A stretch of 64,000 nt of DNA from a virus (lineage: Duplodnaviria > Caudoviricetes). Made by a program: the position numbers and the translations under genes. The stretch lies in IMG/VR virus record IMGVR_UViG_3300032007_000065, positions 13,898-77,897 of that record, one strand, 5' to 3'. The stretch's first letter is position 1, and the number at the start of each line of letters is the position of its first letter. The notes under the pieces were generated by a model. That model saw only the letters and a list, made by a program, of their open reading frames with translations, was not told where the DNA came from and made no database searches. Positions 61,176 through 64,000 of this stretch are shown here, one piece after another.

Positions 61176-61649
61176 TCAGAGCCCTTCGACGAAGCTGTCG
61201 ACGAGGACGCAGTTTTCGACATCCTTCAGCAGCTTGTCGGTCTCGGGTCGATGGAACGAACTCAGAGCCTCTTCAGCCGAAGAGACGACGGGTCGATTGC
61301 CCGGAGGCTGCCAGTGGACGTCTCCGATTCTTATGACGATCTTGGCTCGATCCGTCGGTACCATGAAGGTTCGCATGCTGCGACGTCGTTCCTTCAGTTC
61401 CAGCAGCTCGTTGAGGACGACGTAGCGGCAGTGGTCCGTCAGACCGTAACTGTAGGCCAGCACCCACCGTTTGTCGCGGAGCACTGCAAAGACGTTCGAC
61501 ATGAGAATGTACGGGTTCAACAGCGGCTCCTCACGGCAGTAGTCGACAGCCTCGCGGAGACTGATGTCCCGAAGGAATTCGACGGGTACCTTCTGGTAGT
61601 AGAATCTCGACACAACGGGACTGTCGAAGTTCAGCAGCTCGATTCCCAT
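61176..61649 (-). CDS. hypothetical protein
   Basis: Coupled to the thyA stop (TGATG overlap). Confidence 0.7.
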   Translation of the reverse strand: MGIELLNFDSPVVSRFYYQKVPVEFLRDISLREAVDYCREEPLLNPYILMSNVFAVLRDKRWVLAYSYGLTDHCRYVVLNELLELKERRRSMRTFMVPTDRAKIVIRIGDVHWQPPGNRPVVSSAEEALSSFHRPETDKLLKDVENCVLVDSFVEGL

Positions 61650-62581
61650 CAGACGGCGACCTCAATGTCTTCATTGAATTCGTCGTACTGATAGTTCTCG
61701 ACAATCATGTCATTGGGCGTGAAGTGATAGAAGTCAGGAGCTGCATCCGGAATGTAAACGATCGGAGCAGCAAACTGATTCGGGTTTGATTTGGCCTTGG
61801 CGATCATGTCACGGACGATGTCCTCGTGACGGTCGTAGATGTGACAGTCGTAGCGGATGTGGACGAGACGGCCCGGCTCCATGCCGACCTCTCGGGCCAC
61901 CAGCATCAGCAGGAAGGCATATTGGACGGTGTTCCAGTTCGATGCCGTCAGCATGTCCTGACTCCGCTGCATCAGCACCGCATTCAGCAGAAGACGCCCG
62001 GTCTTTTCCTCCTGGGTGACATTATAGTACATGCCATAGGCGCAGGGTCTGAGACCCATGTCGGCCAGATCGGACATGTTGTACGTCGACGTCATGATGG
62101 ACCGAGACATGGGTGAATTCCGCAGGTCGTAGAAGACGGCATCCATCTGGTCCAGATAGACCCAGCCGTCCTTGGCGTATGCCGACGGATACATCGACAG
62201 GTCTTCGTCCTTGATTCTGTGGTGCTTGGCGGCCTGGGCAATCTGGTAGCCGTAGGCCTTACCAATGGTGCCGTCGCCGACATTCCAGTCGTCCCAGATC
62301 TTCGACTGGAGATCGGCGATGACGTTCGATTTCTGACGATAGATCCAGAGGATCTCCTGAAGTGCAGTCTTCCAGTAGGTTCTCCTCAGGGTCATCATGG
62401 GGAACTCGTAGTTCGGATCCTTCGGATCGAGCACGTAGTCGTGCCGGTCACAGAAGATCTTACGGGTGTGGGCAGGGGTGCCGTCGTGCCAGTGGGGACG
62501 AACCGGCATACCCTTGTCCGAGAACGGCGAATTCAGAATGGCTTCGGCGCTCTCAATGAAACATTTGTCTGCGTAGGTCAT
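61649..62581 (-). CDS. thyA: thymidylate synthase
   Basis: EILWI, IWDDW, GKAYGYQ, LRPCAY (catalytic Cys), QRSQD, WNTVQY, HIYDRH. Confidence 0.95.
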   Translation of the reverse strand: MTYADKCFIESAEAILNSPFSDKGMPVRPHWHDGTPAHTRKIFCDRHDYVLDPKDPNYEFPMMTLRRTYWKTALQEILWIYRQKSNVIADLQSKIWDDWNVGDGTIGKAYGYQIAQAAKHHRIKDEDLSMYPSAYAKDGWVYLDQMDAVFYDLRNSPMSRSIMTSTYNMSDLADMGLRPCAYGMYYNVTQEEKTGRLLLNAVLMQRSQDMLTASNWNTVQYAFLLMLVAREVGMEPGRLVHIRYDCHIYDRHEDIVRDMIAKAKSNPNQFAAPIVYIPDAAPDFYHFTPNDMIVENYQYDEFNEDIEVAV

Positions 62582-62614
62582 GTTGTGTTCTCCTTTCGAT
62601 TGTGTGATTTCTTT

Positions 62615-63055
62615 TCATAGAGTGATTGACGGACGACCGTCTCTCTGTTTGGCGCACCTGGCCTTGACGACGTCCTTTACCAGTCGTTTGACGAAGTCCT
62701 GCAGGTAGTCGGGATTGTCTTTGGGCGGTGACGGCATCTCTTCAGTGAAAAGTCTGTAGACGTCGACACCGTGGCTGGTGGCAAAGATAACTTCATTCGT
62801 CGTCGACTCTCCCATGTAGAGACCCGGATTCACCACCACAACGGCATCGCTGTTGGCGATCTTCACCAGATGCATACGGTCGAGCCGATCCTTGATCTCC
62901 GGATCTCTAAAGATGATTTCATCTCCGGAATGGGCGTAGCCGCCGAGGCTGAACACGATGAAACCGGCCCATGACAACTGGCGATACAGCGGTTCCATGA
63001 TGTCTTTGAATCTTGACGATCCACAGATTGTCACCACGGGAAATTCGTCCATCAT
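62615..63055 (-). CDS. nucleoside 2-deoxyribosyltransferase-like fold protein
   Basis: TICGSSRF..MHLVKIANSDAVVVVN...YMGESTTNEVIFA. Confidence 0.6.
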   Translation of the reverse strand: MMDEFPVVTICGSSRFKDIMEPLYRQLSWAGFIVFSLGGYAHSGDEIIFRDPEIKDRLDRMHLVKIANSDAVVVVNPGLYMGESTTNEVIFATSHGVDVYRLFTEEMPSPPKDNPDYLQDFVKRLVKDVVKARCAKQRDGRPSITL

Positions 63056-63059
63056 TGGG

Positions 63060-63527
63060 TCATCCCTCCTTCATTTTGTAGACGCGGCCGTACTTCAGGT
63101 CTTCGGCCCTCTCGAACTCTTCGATGGCCTCTTCACGTTTCGCCGAGTTATGCTTGGCATTGACGACGAGTGTGTACATGGTGATGAGTTTCTTGATCGG
63201 CATCGGCATTTCTGTAGTTCCACCGTTAGAGACTGGAAAGTTATGGACGATCGGTGTTCTGCTGTCGTTGCAGATGGCTTCGATCGTCGGGAGATAGTTG
63301 TCGAGGCACTGGTCCTCGTGGAACACCAACACTGCGGTGCTTATCTGGATATAGTCCTTGAGTCGCGCCACCTTCGACGTCACGAGGTCGCCGACCGGCA
63401 ACAGAAGCGGGATACCTCCGAGTTCCGTCATACGGTCAACATACGCCGTGAACGCATTCGATGCTTCAGCAGTCACGAGACCGCCCGGGCTGAAGACAAT
63501 GGCCACAATAGGTTTCTTGGCTTGCAT
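63060..63527 (-). CDS. hypothetical protein; N-terminus resembles class I glutamine amidotransferase (PuuD/C26)
   Basis: KKPIVAI..YVDRMTELGGIPLLLP; catalytic Cys/His motifs not seen. Confidence 0.55.
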   Translation of the reverse strand: MQAKKPIVAIVFSPGGLVTAEASNAFTAYVDRMTELGGIPLLLPVGDLVTSKVARLKDYIQISTAVLVFHEDQCLDNYLPTIEAICNDSRTPIVHNFPVSNGGTTEMPMPIKKLITMYTLVVNAKHNSAKREEAIEEFERAEDLKYGRVYKMKEG

Positions 63528-63618
63528 GATAGTCTCCTTTCGCAGAAAATAAAGACTAAGCCCTCCGGAGAAGGCTTAGTCTCATGTGATGAGATGTCTG
63601 TGTATTTAAGTGGACCAA

Positions 63619-63990
63619 TTAGAAGTACTGCAGATGCAACTGATCCAAAGCAGCCGTCTCAGACGCATCTTGGACCAATGTTCTGTACTTGTCGGCGTAG
63701 TCGGCGAGATCATCAATCTTCAATTCTATCGACCCAACTCCCACGTCGAGGTTCTGGACGCGCTTTAACTTCTGATAGATGTAGGATCCCAGATCATACT
63801 CGGCCATTTGCAGAAAGAAGTCTCCGGCGCCCGGCTCAATGGTACTGAGACTAGGATCATGGTCCATCAGAAGTTCAACTTCGTATGTGCCGCCGGTCCA
63901 TCCATTGTAGAGAATCAAGATGTTCGGCTGCTTGAAGTCCCACGTCAGAGCATGGGTGAAGTTCTTCGAGATGGCTGCGACGGCCTGCAT
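63619..63990 (-). CDS. hypothetical protein (possibly 5'-partial)
   Basis: Frame open to the window edge. Confidence 0.55.
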   Translation of the reverse strand: MQAVAAISKNFTHALTWDFKQPNILILYNGWTGGTYEVELLMDHDPSLSTIEPGAGDFFLQMAEYDLGSYIYQKLKRVQNLDVGVGSIELKIDDLADYADKYRTLVQDASETAALDQLHLQYF

Positions 63991-64000
63991 CGAAGCAACA

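Noticed and set aside
1-64000. Stop-codon reassignment
   Set aside because: Recognisable genes are full length under the standard code and end in TAA, TGA and TAG.
1-64000. Phage nucleus (chimallin/PhuZ) genes
   Set aside because: None recognised in this window, so no claim is made either way.

Overview
This 64 kb window is part of a GC-rich jumbo phage genome of the AR9/PBS1-phiKZ type, probably infecting a Firmicute (AGGAGG Shine-Dalgarno sites, clostridial-type ThyA and NrdG, a SleB-like hydrolase). It encodes tail sheath, tail tube and portal, three split RNA polymerase beta/beta-prime subunits, an AR9 gp226-like promoter-specificity subunit, a split family-B DNA polymerase subunit, NAD-dependent ligase, RecD/Dda-like helicase and a GroEL-like chaperonin. 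It also carries a dTTP/folate set (thyA, folA, folD-like, dCMP deaminase, tmk-like), IF-1, SfsA, MYG1 and two GNATs. The standout feature is at 52.4-57.7 kb: a lone Cas7/RAMP-like gene with a C-terminal AT-hook, followed on the same strand by a hairpin-rich leader and a ~3.7 kb non-coding array. The array is built from phased 5-nt blocks (N-G/A-Y + NN) grouped into units mostly 5n+1 nt long. It resembles, but is more degenerate than, the recently reported VIPR-type phage RNA-guided systems. Other oddities are four SD-less, AT-rich cassette genes each preceded by a conserved hairpin, a duplicated 41-bp promoter driving an aberrant tRNA-like RNA and an unidentified ~190-nt RNA, and two phage promoter motifs. 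All homology calls come from motif recognition and memory; no database searches were run.
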